Source of the DNA: Octopus bimaculoides
Lineage: Eukaryota
Assembly (NCBI RefSeq): GCF_001194135.2
Contig: NC_068990.1
Span: 55,319,370-55,383,369 of the forward strand
Length of the DNA stretch: 64,000 nt
Direction of reading: 5' to 3'
The notes beneath the pieces were generated by a model. It made no database searches, was not told the origin of the DNA, and saw nothing but the letters and a program-made list of their open reading frames with translations. A program made the position numbers and the translations under genes. This document shows positions 1-12,300 of this stretch, in pieces. Numbering within the stretch: position 1 is the stretch's first letter; each line of letters begins with the position of its first letter.

Positions 1-50
<50 letters not shown>

Positions 51-120
51 TGTAAGTAAATAAATGTAAAACAAGGTGGAAAAAAATAGTATTCAAATAC
101 TGAAAGTAGAGTAATGTGCA

Positions 121-392
121 TTTATTAAAGCTGCAGAATCTTCACAAACTGTTACTCAGAGTTTTACATTCCTGTCCATTGGGCAACTATAATCAATACT
201 GAATTAAAATTATGATGGTACATGTAATATAATATGATATGATATCATATCATATACTATATCATATTATATTACATATCATATCATACCATATTATATA
301 ACATTACCATTACAATTTTAATTCAGTATGATCACAAACAGGAACATGAAACTCTGAGTAACAGTCAGTAGAGATTTTGCAGCTTTAATAAA
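121..392. repeat. Inverted repeat (~80-95 bp arms) around an (atatc)-rich spacer; Penelope-pLTR-like
   Basis: 121-214 is the approximate reverse complement of 314-392. Confidence 0.7.
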
Positions 393-689
393 AGTGTGTG
401 TGTGTGTGTGCTTGTTTACTCATGCATGTTCCAGAAAATAGCAATACTAGGGTCTGAAAATGTTGTTAGAGCCTTTCTTAAGTTTCCCTAACTGTGTGTA
501 TAATTTTCAAGATGTACCTCTTGTTTTTTCTAAAAAAAAAAAATACAAGGATACTTTTATATCTCTCACACAATGATTAATGATATAAAAAATAAATAAA
601 TAATGATGTCCTAAAACACACACACACACACACACAAAACCCATGTTTAATTTTATGAGATACCACATATGGATTAACGATATGATTTG

Positions 690-990
690 TCCCAGAAAAT
701 GAATTCCATGAAAAGCAGCTGAGAAAATTAAAACAGATAACCTTTTTAGATAGTATTTTAGATCCTGAACATTTTGCTCTCTGGGCATTGACACACTAAA
801 GCTTTGCTGTCTAGCAGCTGACCATCTTTCCAACGAAAGCTTCTGCTATCTTTACAGCAAAAATTTTGGCCACCTTTTTGAATCCAAAACCTCTACTATC
901 CATGGACATGTTTATAAAATCAAAATGCAGTGCAGTATCCACGACTTTCAGAAACATTTTTCTATTCCTAGAATTGTTGAGGCATGGAAT
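690..990 (+). mobile_element. CR1/L2-clade LINE 3' ORF2 remnant running into an assembly gap
   Basis: Translation ..LGIDTLK..AADHL..IHGHVYKIK..QKHFSIPRIVEAWN resembles the CR1 C-terminal 'GH..KL...FFS.RVV..WN' motif. Confidence 0.6.
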
Positions 991-1695
991 NNNNNNNNNN
1001 NNNNNNNNNNNNNNNNNNNNNNNNNNNNNNNNNNNNNNNNNNNNNNNNNNNNNNNNNNNNNNNNNNNNNNNNNNNNNNNNNNNNNNNNNNNNNNNNNNNN
1101 NNNNNNNNNNNNNNNNNNNNNNNNNNNNNNNNNNNNNNNNNNNNNNNNNNNNNNNNNNNNNNNNNNNNNNNNNNNNNNNNNNNNNNNNNNNNNNNNNNNN
1201 NNNNNNNNNNNNNNNNNNNNNNNNNNNNNNNNNNNNNNNNNNNNNNNNNNNNNNNNNNNNNNNNNNNNNNNNNNNNNNNNNNNNNNNNNNNNNNNNNNNN
1301 NNNNNNNNNNNNNNNNNNNNNNNNNNNNNNNNNNNNNNNNNNNNNNNNNNNNNNNNNNNNNNNNNNNNNNNNNNNNNNNNNNNNNNNNNNNNNNNNNNNN
1401 NNNNNNNNNNNNNNNNNNNNNNNNNNNNNNNNNNNNNNNNNNNNNNNNNNNNNNNNNNNNNNNNNNNNNNNNNNNNNNNNNNNNNNNNNNNNNNNNNNNN
1501 NNNNNNNNNNNNNNNNNNNNNNNNNNNNNNNNNNNNNNNNNNNNNNNNNNNNNNNNNNNNNNNNNNNNNNNNNNNNNNNNNNNNNNNNNNNNNNNNNNNN
1601 NNNNNNNNNNNNNNNNNNNNNNNNNNNNNNNNNNNNNNNNNNNNNNNNNNNNNNNNNNNNNNNNNNNNNNNNTTTATACCATCTTTTTTCTGTTG

Positions 1696-1752
<57 letters not shown>

Positions 1753-1758
1753 TACTGA

Positions 1759-2290
1759 GTGAGAGAGCGGTGCATGTCATCAAAGTGATACTGGGGTAAA
1801 ATATACGAAGCCCATTATACCCATCATGACTACCCGTCTGATAAGGGTACACCAGGCACATGCATCACAACTATATATGTGCGACATATTGATCTTATAT
1901 CAAGATAAACAGTGCATGACCTTGCAGATGGGGCCCAGTTAGAATTTTCTTCGGGTTGAGTAGTCCATCCTACTCAAGAGGTCCTTGAATATGGATTATT
2001 TAAGGATGTTGAACAAAACACCCATGTTTCCAAAGGCGAACTATCCAAACCCCAAAGAATTCCTCTCAACACATGGCTGTGATGCTCCCCCACTACTTCT
2101 GCTTGTGATAAGAGATGCATATATCATTAGCCACTAAGGGACATACTCAACTAGTTACGGTCAAGCAACTGACAAGCAAATATGTGGTATTGAGCTGTAG
2201 CCCATCTTTTATACCAAGACAAAACATGTACATGATAACAATTCCAATCAAGTTAAGATTGAGAGCCAGTGCCTGGTACTGCATCAGGGA
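1759..2290 (+). mobile_element. ~530-bp interspersed repeat flanked by (ATT)n
   Basis: Second, inverted copy at 9466-9908 and a partial head copy at 9399-9455. Confidence 0.75.
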
Positions 2291-2462
2291 TTATTATTAT
2301 TATTATTATTGTTCAGTAGTTTTATTTTTATAACGTGCTTTCACTTCACTACCGAGCGCAGCTCTGTGCGCCTTGGGTATGTGCTGTGGTTTGCTGTGAT
2401 GCTCTTATGGTTACTGTATTGAAAGTGTTTTGCGTAGAATGTGTGCAGTGCCCAGTAGTGCA

Positions 2463-2509
2463 ATTTATTATTATTATTATTATTATTATTATCATCATCA
2501 TCATCATCA

Positions 2510-2562
<53 letters not shown>

Positions 2563-2608
2563 ATTATTATTAATATTATAATTATTATTATTATTATTAT
2601 TATCCTCA

Positions 2609-2654
<46 letters not shown>

Positions 2655-2671
2655 CATCATCATCATCATCA

Positions 2672-2718
<47 letters not shown>

Positions 2719-2764
2719 ATTATTATTAATATTATAATTATTATTATTATTATTATTATCCTCA

Positions 2765-2814
<50 letters not shown>

Positions 2815-2820
2815 TTCATT
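2463..2820. repeat. Compound (ATT)n/(ATC)n microsatellite with a higher-order duplication
   Basis: Directly visible; the block pattern occurs twice. Confidence 0.95.
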
Positions 2821-3045
2821 ATTAAGGCAGCAAGCTGACAGAACTGTTAGGACACTGGGCAAAATGCCTAGTGGCATTTCATCTGTCCCTACATTTTGAG
2901 TTCAAATTCCACCGAACTCAACTTTGCCTTTCCTTCTTTTGGGATCAATAAATTAGGTACCAGGGAAACACTGGGGTCAATGTAATCGATTAGTTCCCTT
3001 CCCACCAAATTTCAGGCCTTGTACCTATTGTAGAAAGGATTAGTA

Positions 3046-3082
<37 letters not shown>

Positions 3083-3613
3083 GTTAGAATATACAAAGGT
3101 GGTGGATATTTGTGACAGTTAGTATTGGCTGCTTAGGTAGAATAATGGCTAAATTCTAAGACAATTGAGTCAGATATTTAAGACAAAAATATTGAGTGAA
3201 GGTGAAGTATTTATGTAGATGATTCCAAAATCTCTGTTATGTGGCTGAAAAATATATTGTTCACAGTATTCTAGTTAGAAACTCCTTATCTTAAAAGCTA
3301 AAAGACTCTTGGTATGCCTAGTATCTTCTGGCCCCAACTGACTGCTAATAATAATGTTATAATCCTCTTTTCTCTATTGTTTTTCAGGATGTTCCAGAGT
3401 ATGAAGATATTTTATAGCAGAAGTTGTAAGGAATATGTAATACAACTCTTGTGACAGAAAATCTGATATGGTTGTTTCCTGGAGACTTTAGTAAAATAAA
3501 ACAAAACAAAAAAAATTCTTAAATTCATTTTTAAATTGTTTAATTTACTTATTTATTGATTATTTAAAAATAAATTATACTGCAAAAAAAAAAAAAAAAT
3601 ACAAATAATAAAA

Positions 3614-4571
3614 ATGGGAGAAGTATCTGAAGATCCAGTTCTAAATATTCCAGAAACTATTGCAGAAGTTGATGATAAGGAAATATATCATGAAGAACTC
3701 ACAGAAGAGATAAAGAAAGAAGAATGCAATTTAGTTCAAGAAAATGGTGAAGCAATTAAAAATATGGCATCAGCAAATGCTGAACAAAAAAATGAATCTC
3801 TTCAGAACATACCTTTGCCTTCCCAGAGTTTTACAGAGCCATTGTCTCCATCTGACTTGTTGCGTTCTAAATTAATTGAAAATGTTTCAATGAAAATGTT
3901 AGATTCTATTGAAATGTCAAAAAGTGGAGGATCTCCCTTTCTTGGTAGAAATATTGAAAATGAAATGAATGTAACTCCACTTAAGAAAATAGCAGAAAAT
4001 ACTAATGAATCAACCAAACGAAAAACAGGCAGAAGTAATACTTACATGGATACCACAGAATTTTCAAAGAATTCTTCAAAAATTAACAATGTTAAAATAC
4101 CAGAGACTTTGCAGAAAAGAAAGAATACTGTTACTGGAGCACCAGAATCAAGAAAAATGAGCACCCTCAGTTTGTCAAAAGTGTTTACTCCTGCTCTTCG
4201 CAAAGAAAGTATTTCTAGATTTGTTAGTACTCTATCTATTTCAGCTGGTATTCCTGTTGAAACCTCTTTTCTCAGTGATACTGATTCAAGGAAAAGTAGC
4301 TTAAAAACACAGAGAAAATATTCTGAAGTTTCTGTAGATTTGCAACCAAGAATTGACAGAGAACCAAGTATCGTACCACTTAAACAGAAACCCAGGTACT
4401 CAAAAGTAAAGAAAACTATGATTTTAATCTCGTCAATTCTTATGCAAATATTTGTATCAGAAATATTTTCATTAGGTCCTATTTATGTGAAACTTATGGA
4501 AGTATTCAATTCCTCAAAATCAACAACTAGTTTGGTACAGTCATTGCCTCAAGGTATTGCTTATTTATGTG
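3614..4571 (+). CDS. SLC16-like coding exon 1 (long hydrophilic N-terminus + TM1 and start of TM2); acceptor at 3387 gives 226 nt of 5'UTR
   Basis: ATG at 3614, open frame; donor G|gtgagt after 4571 (phase 1); ttttcag acceptor at 3381-3387. Confidence 0.85.
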
Positions 4572-4800
4572 GTGAGTATATTTCCCACTTTGAAATATAT
4601 TGTAAGCTGTTGAAGTAACAACAACACCAGGACTTATGAATATATATATAAAATACAGTAATATAGCACTGCTAGGCACTGCATACATCCAATGTAAAGC
4701 ACTTTCAATACAGTAACAATAATAGCACCAAAACAAACCACAGACCATACCCAACGCACAGAGAACTGCACTCAGCAGTGCAATGAAAACACATGATAAA

Positions 4801-4840
<40 letters not shown>

Positions 4841-5171
4841 TAGAGAGAAGAGTTCTTTACTTGTATACGACTGACACAATCCATAACCAAGGCAAACTTA
4901 ATGATGAAAAGTGCGACTCGAAAGCAACAGTTATTTATTTGTAGTTTATTTTGAGCCTGTGGAAGGCACACGAGATGCCGAAATATAGTTCAACTACAAA
5001 TAAATAACTGTTGCTTTCAAGTCGCGCTTTTCGTCATTAAGTTTGCCTTGGTGATGGATTACGTCCGCTATGTTTACCTTGGTGATGGATTGTGTCAATC
5101 GTATACAAAAGTAAAGAATTCTTCTCTCTATCTATTACATTTCTGCTGAGTTACTTCAGTCCTATATAAAC

Positions 5172-5209
<38 letters not shown>

Positions 5210-5570
5210 TTAATAATAATGATAATAACAATGAATTGAAAAAAATGTTGGTTTAAAAAAATTCAATTTCGGTTTATATTTTGTTCTTTCTAGGCATTTT
5301 TGTAGCACCTTTGATTTCTAAATTTGGACTTCGCCTAACATTGTTTGTTGGTAGTATTCTTTCAAGTGCAGGTTTTGCTGCTGCTGCTTTTGTGAATAAT
5401 GTTTTTGGAATTGCTCTTCTTGTTGGAATCGTATCAGGTATGTACAACAACCACTTCTTCAATCAATGACATCATTTTAGGCGGAAACATTATAATTCTT
5501 GAGTCCTGCTATAAATTGACACAAAAAATAAACATATACATGTATATGTGCATGTGTGTGTGTGTGTGCA

Positions 5571-5629
<59 letters not shown>

Positions 5630-6063
5630 ACACACACACACACACCTATATACACATATATATACATATATATATGAAGAGAGAGAGAGAGGAGAATAAG
5701 GATTAACCAAAAACAGGTGTGGTATTCTGCACTTTATAGAACTTACACATGTTTCAGTAAAATGGTGTAAAAATTACATAACAGTTGTTGAAACATCATG
5801 CCATCTTGCACTTCACCTCATCAGTGTCCCACAATAAGTACATTTCTGCTACATTTCATATTCTTTTCACTAAGTAATCCTGAGGTTGACGCCCCATCAT
5901 TATACTGCACTAGATAATGGAGTAGCATGTGAAAACCACTACTGAGCCCAATCTCAGGTTATGTGTTGTGCTTTCCAGTACAAATTATTGATACACACAC
6001 ACACACACACACAATATAGTTTTATTTGATTTATGAGTGTGTATTTTTAAAATGTATTTCTTC

Positions 6064-6113
<50 letters not shown>

Positions 6114-6278
6114 TACACACACACAGACATTGCTATACATACAACAATCTGACAGATTTCTAATCAAGCACTTTAGATTTTTCTTGTTTGAGTTTTAAAT
6201 ACCTGTGTGAATTGACAGATTGGTGATAAAAGAAAAGTAACAATGTGCATTTGCCTTCATTAATGTGTGGATTGAAAA

Positions 6279-6309
<31 letters not shown>

Positions 6310-6323
6310 GAATATGTGTGTGA

Positions 6324-6367
<44 letters not shown>

Positions 6368-9300
6368 AGGGTTATTACTCTTTCATCAGCATCACATATA
6401 TACGTGTGATACTGATAAAATGTGTAGCAACGTTCCCATATGGTACACTTAAACAACCATATGGGAATCTTTTAACATGAAACCATTGGTAGCCTTGTTA
6501 ACCCGCAGATAAATATATATATACATATATATACACACACAGGGCACAATGAATAAATTGTCATCTAAACTGCGCAAAAATGAAAATAACACTGACATTT
6601 CAATTTAACAGATATATTTACCAAAATTGCATAAAAATACCTTGAGATTCTAAAGAATAAATTTATTCAATAAAATTGCCATTGGCTTCAACCACAGCCT
6701 CCAGACAACTTTGGAATCTCCTGCAACTCTTCTGAATGGTCTCCTTGTTTAAGTTGGTGAATGCTACCATAATCCTTGCCTTTAGTTCATCTTTAGTGTT
6801 ACAATGAGTTTTGTTGGTCTCTTGCTCAACTGTGCTCCACATAATAATCAAGGGGGTTGCAGTTTGGGGAGTTAGGTGGCCAGATTTTAGGGGTTATGTG
6901 GTCACAGAAATTGTCTGACAGTTATGACTGGGTTCTTCTGCTTGTGTAGCATGGTACAGATTCCTGTTGCTAGGCATAGGGTCTTCCAGCAGCCACCCTC
7001 TTGACTCAGGGCAGCACTACTTCCTCCAGGCACTCCGTATTGAGTCTGAGGCTGTGTGGGAAGATGAATGGAGGAATAATGTTTACTCCAAACACTATGA
7101 TGTTGACTGGATGTTTGATTTTATCACTCTCGGTACATGTCCTCAATTGCACTGTCCTCACCTATAGTCATGAATGTTTGGTAATGGCTTTTTGATACAT
7201 ATCTACCTGAGATAATTTCAGTTTTCTTTTTTTTTTATGACCTACTTTCCTTTGTTAAAATATTAAAAAACTTGGGACCACTCAATTTTTTTTGACATAA
7301 CAAACTCCATTCCTGTTGCATAAACTTGATTTCTTTGATTTAAAATATACATACTTAAATATTCATATCCAATTTAAATATAGAAGTTTACATCAAAACT
7401 TCATGTAAAAATTTTAGTTATGTTCCAAACTCCAGCTTAATAATTCTTTCAAATTTTGGTACAAGGCCAGCAATTTTAGGGGAGAAGCTTACATCAAGCC
7501 TAGGGCTCAATTGGTACTTATTTTATTGACCTCCAAAGGAGGAAAAGTGAAGTTGTAAACACCAGCTTAATAAATGAAAACAAAGTTACTTATTTTTCTG
7601 GATCCATTTAAATTACTTGCCATCAATTATTTCAGGTGAGATAATTCAAAACTAATTAGCATATTTTTCTCTGGTTAACTAAATTTGCTCTAACATCATT
7701 GAGAAGTAAATATGGTCTTGAAATTTCTGTTTGTAGTTGAAAAAGACTTGTGTTCTAGAGAGAATTTAGACATCAGAGTTGCTTTCAACATCTTTTATTT
7801 GTTTAAAATCATTACATGTCATGTGAATGCAATAATTCCTCTGTTGAAAAGATACCAGACTGGAAAAAAAATAAAAATAATATAAACAAAATTCATTACA
7901 GGTAATCATTTCAGGTGAGACATTTAAAAATATAAAAAAACTAGTAAGCATTTTCATCTCAGGTTAACTAAATGTGTTCTAATATGGTGGAGTAAAATTT
8001 ATTCTCCATAAAAGATAAATACAAAATATTAAATGCATTTATATAAATATAAAACACAATCTTAAAAGCAATGAAAACAAATCTCAATAAAATATTAAGA
8101 CTGGTATAAATAAATATGATTCAGGAATCCATTTGCAATATAAAGCAGGAATTGAACTTTGAAAATGTAACTAGGAGTATCTCTCTCTAGTTCCGGAAAA
8201 TTGAGGGCTCTCTGTAATTTCAAGAAAGTTTTTATGTGAAGTCCATCAACTGGTGTATTTAGCAGAGAGAAGAAGATTACATAAGCAGAAATAAATCAAG
8301 ATCATTATGAGGTTGGAGGTAAGTGCATTAATATATAGCAATGTTCACAGGACAACTACTATACTTTTGAAGACATTCAGAAATAAAAAGTTATTTTGAG
8401 CCCATTTTGGTTGCTTCACTTATGTAATATCACATATTTTCTCTCTTTCTACTTTCCAACATTATCTAGCCAAATTAAAACTTTTAAGCTGTGGAGAATT
8501 TCTTTTTAGATTCGAATTGTATTCTTAACATCCTTTTGATTTAATTTTAGACATTTCTTCCAGGTTTTTAATTTATATTATTTTAAGAACAGTTCCTATT
8601 TTACATACATACAGCATTATGTATTTGCGGTGAAAACCATATATCCAACACTTATTCGATAAAGAAGACCATACCCTCTGCAGGGATGCTGAATTAATTT
8701 TGTACTCAGAACCATACCTTTTGAATGCATCTTGAAATTATACCAAATTAAAATTTTATTCAAAAAGCAAATCAAATTAACCTTTTTGCATTCAGATTAC
8801 TCTGTCAAATGTAATACATATTTATTCACATTGCTCTGAGTTTATTTAGTAGTGTCTAGTAGCTTCAAGATTTTGATGATGTGATTGTTTGTTTTAAATG
8901 ATATTCTAGGGTAAGTGTGGGAGGCTGGAAGTGGCTGATTTGAACATATAAAAAGGTAAAATATTTGAGCTGGATATGGCTGGTTTAAATGGTAAAGAGT
9001 TAAAAATGAAAATATTTTTTTTAAAAGAATGTTCATATATTATCATATTGTGCCTTTTATTGATACTATCTTTTTTTAAAATTTACTTTTACGTTTATTA
9101 CAGGGTTTGGTTTATGTATTTTGAATGTGGTTTCATACTCTGCTATAGCTATGTATTTTGACTCTAGTCAGAGTTATGCAATTGCTGCAGTATCAGCAGG
9201 TTTGGCTATTGGATCAACATTGTTACCCCTCTATCAAATCAATATAATTGATATTTATGGTTGGAATGGTAATTTTCTACTAATGGCTGGCATAATTTTG

Positions 9301-12300
9301 CAAGTAATTTGTTTATGAGTTTGTTTTGTTTTTTAATTTAATCAATTTTTACATAAAATATCATCCTTCAGATTAAATGTTATAAACCATTATATTAAGC
9401 TTCGTATATTTTACCCCAGTATCACTTTGATGGCATGCCTTGCTCTTTCACTCAATAATAATAATACAGCAAATATTCTGCTTAATACCACAGATTTGCT
9501 CGTCAGTTCTTTGACCTTAACCAGTTGAGCATGTTTTTTGGTGGCTGACGATATGTGCATCTCTGATCATGAGCAGAAGTAGTGGGGGAGTATCATAGCC
9601 ATGTGTTGAGAGGAATTCTTTGGGGTTTGAATAATTCACCTTTGGAAACATGGATGTTTTGCTCAACATCCTTAAACAAACCTTATTCAGGGACCTTTTG
9701 AGCGGGATGGGCTACTCGACCTGATAAAAATTCTAACTGGGCCCCACCTGCGAGGTCATGCGCTGTTTATCTTGATATGAGATCGCGCACGTATGGTTGT
9801 GATGCATGTGCCTGGTGTACCCTTATCAGACAGGTAGTCATGATGGGTATACTGGGCTTCGTATATTTTACCCCAGTGTCACTCTGATGGCATGCACTGC
9901 TCTCTCACATAATAATAATAATAATAGTAATAATAGTAATAATTCTACTAAAGGCACACGGCCTGAAATTTTGGAGGAGAGGACTAGTCGATTACATTGA
10001 CCTCAGTATTTCACTGGTACTTTATTTATCAACCCCCAAAAGGATGAAAAGCAAAGTCAACCTCGGTGGAATTTAAACTCAGAATCTAGCAATGGGCAAA
10101 ATGCCACCAAGCATTTCGTCCAGCATGCTAATAATTCTGCCAGTTCACCACCTTAATAATAATAATAAACATAACAATAATAATAGTAAAGTTCCAAAAT
10201 AAGCACAAGATTGGAAATTTAGTAGGCTGGTTACAGGCAATTTAATTAATTAACAGTGTTTTACTGGAACTTCGTTTTATTAACTTCAGAAGGACAAAAA
10301 GCAAAATTAACCTAAACAGGGTTTGAACTTTGAATGTAAAGGGCAGGGAAAGAAAAAACAAAAAACAAAACTGCCAGGCATTTTATCTGATGCTGTAATA
10401 ATTCTGCTTGTCCACCATTGTATTAATGTTAACATATTGATGGTTGTTATTACTGTTTAACCCTGGTTGAATTAACCTAGATCAAGGATATTCCAGTTGG
10501 CCAGCCTATTTTTTCAGCAGTATCTACAGCTAAATTAGTTGATGTGTTCTCTTTTTTTGGAGATGTGATTTGAAAAAGATTTAACAGTGGCTGTGTGGTA
10601 AGTAGCTTGCTTATGAACCACATGGTTCTGGGTTCAGTCCCACTGCGTGGCACCTTGGGCAAGTGTCTTCCACTATAGCCTCAGGCCGACCAAAGCCTTG
10701 TGAGTGGATTTGGTAGACGGAAACTGAAAGAAGCCCATCATATATATGTATATATATATATGTATGTGTGTTTGTGTGTCTGTGTTTGTCCCCCCACCAT
10801 CGCTTGACAACCGATGCTAGTGTGTTTACGTTCCCGTAACTTAGCAGTTCGGCAAAAAGAGACTGATAGAATAAGTACTAGGCTTACAAAGAATAAGTCC
10901 TGGGGTCGATTTGCTTGACTAAAGGCGGTGCTCCAGCATGGCCACAGTCAAATGACTGAAACAATTAAAAAAGTAAAAGAGTAAAAGAGTTTATCTAGCA
11001 GATCAAGCATAAAAGTTTCTTCTTTGGCTCAACATATTTATTGTTATTTAACTTAAGACAAAGAAGAAAATATATAATTTACCAGGAATGGTCAGATTAC
11101 ATAAAGTTTATCATTGCAGTAATTCTTTTTAAAGATTTAATATTAAACCAAATCTAAGTTAAATGGAGTTAACCTTTATTTTTGTTTTAATTTAATTTTT
11201 TTCTGAGTTTTTGTTTTTCTTTTTTCATTCAGACAGCCTTTACAAATTTTAAAAATTTACATAAAATTATTTTTTGAATCTTTATTATTTTTATGTTTTG
11301 TTAACTTGTAATAGGCAATTCAGATTTATAACTATTATACATGAATCAGTGGATCTCTGCTGATTTTTGATGATGAATATTCAGTTGTTTGATCAAATGA
11401 GTTGCCTTCTCATTGAATTAGCATGTAAGTGGTTGAGTATTCCACATGTATACTTTTAATGTAATTCTCAATTAGAGTACTATAACATAGTATGTGACAA
11501 GGATGGAAATAAAATTATTATCCATCCATTTTCTCTGCCCACTATTCCTGGGAGGATTGTGGAGATACAATCTTCAGGCACCTTCTCCACAATGTTCAAT
11601 AAGAAGCAAAAGCTATTGGACTTTCTGGCTGGATTCTCAAGCATGACCGACTGAAACTATGGATATTATCCAACTAACTCATTCTTAATTTACCCCTAGG
11701 ATTCTTGCCAGTTGGTTTGGCTGGAAGAATCTGTTTTGCAATTCTTTTCTGCAACATTCTAATCACATGACACCTCAGTGTGGGGAAGTAGCAGCTTGGC
11801 CTGGAAAGACTCCCTATTCTCTGAGCTATGCACCTTGTCAAGTCATGCTCCTCTAGGGACCCTTTGAAGGAACCCCATTTTGGCTGCTTGTATTTGTGAT
11901 CATACTCTTTCAGCTATTACCCAACATTCATGACTATTGGTGAGGATAGGTATGAAAACCGAATTAAAGATACCAAATTTAACTTTCTTTACTACCAACT
12001 CCTTTTCTGAGGAATGAATACTGGTGCTGGTGTGTTATTGTAACAACACCTGTAATTCTAGCATGGTGCATGGCTCAGTGGTTAGAGCATAGAACTCACA
12101 GTCATGAGGTTATGAGTTTGATTCCCAGACTGGGCTGTGTATTGTGTTCTTGAGAAATATACTTTATTTTCACATTGCTCCAGTTCACTGAGCTGTATCG
12201 GCCTTTGCCTTTCCCTTGGATAACATTGGTGCCAATCTGTATCAGCTTTTGCCTTTCCCTTGGATAACATGGAGAGGGGAGGCTGGTATGCATGGATGAC

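Noticed and set aside
811-1861. Long ORFs in the track (also 14457-15842, 39769-40701, 48343-48921, 58744-59214)
   Set aside because: They run through N-gaps (991-1672, 14771-15654, 39882-40633, 48414-48906, 58797-59121) and translate as X
2335-2877. Poly-Ile / poly-Asn ORFs of 156-178 aa
   Set aside because: Stop-free frames of an ATT/ATC microsatellite
10586-10660. tRNA genes at SINE heads
   Set aside because: A/B boxes are present, but there is no closed cloverleaf or poly-T terminator and each continues into a SINE body
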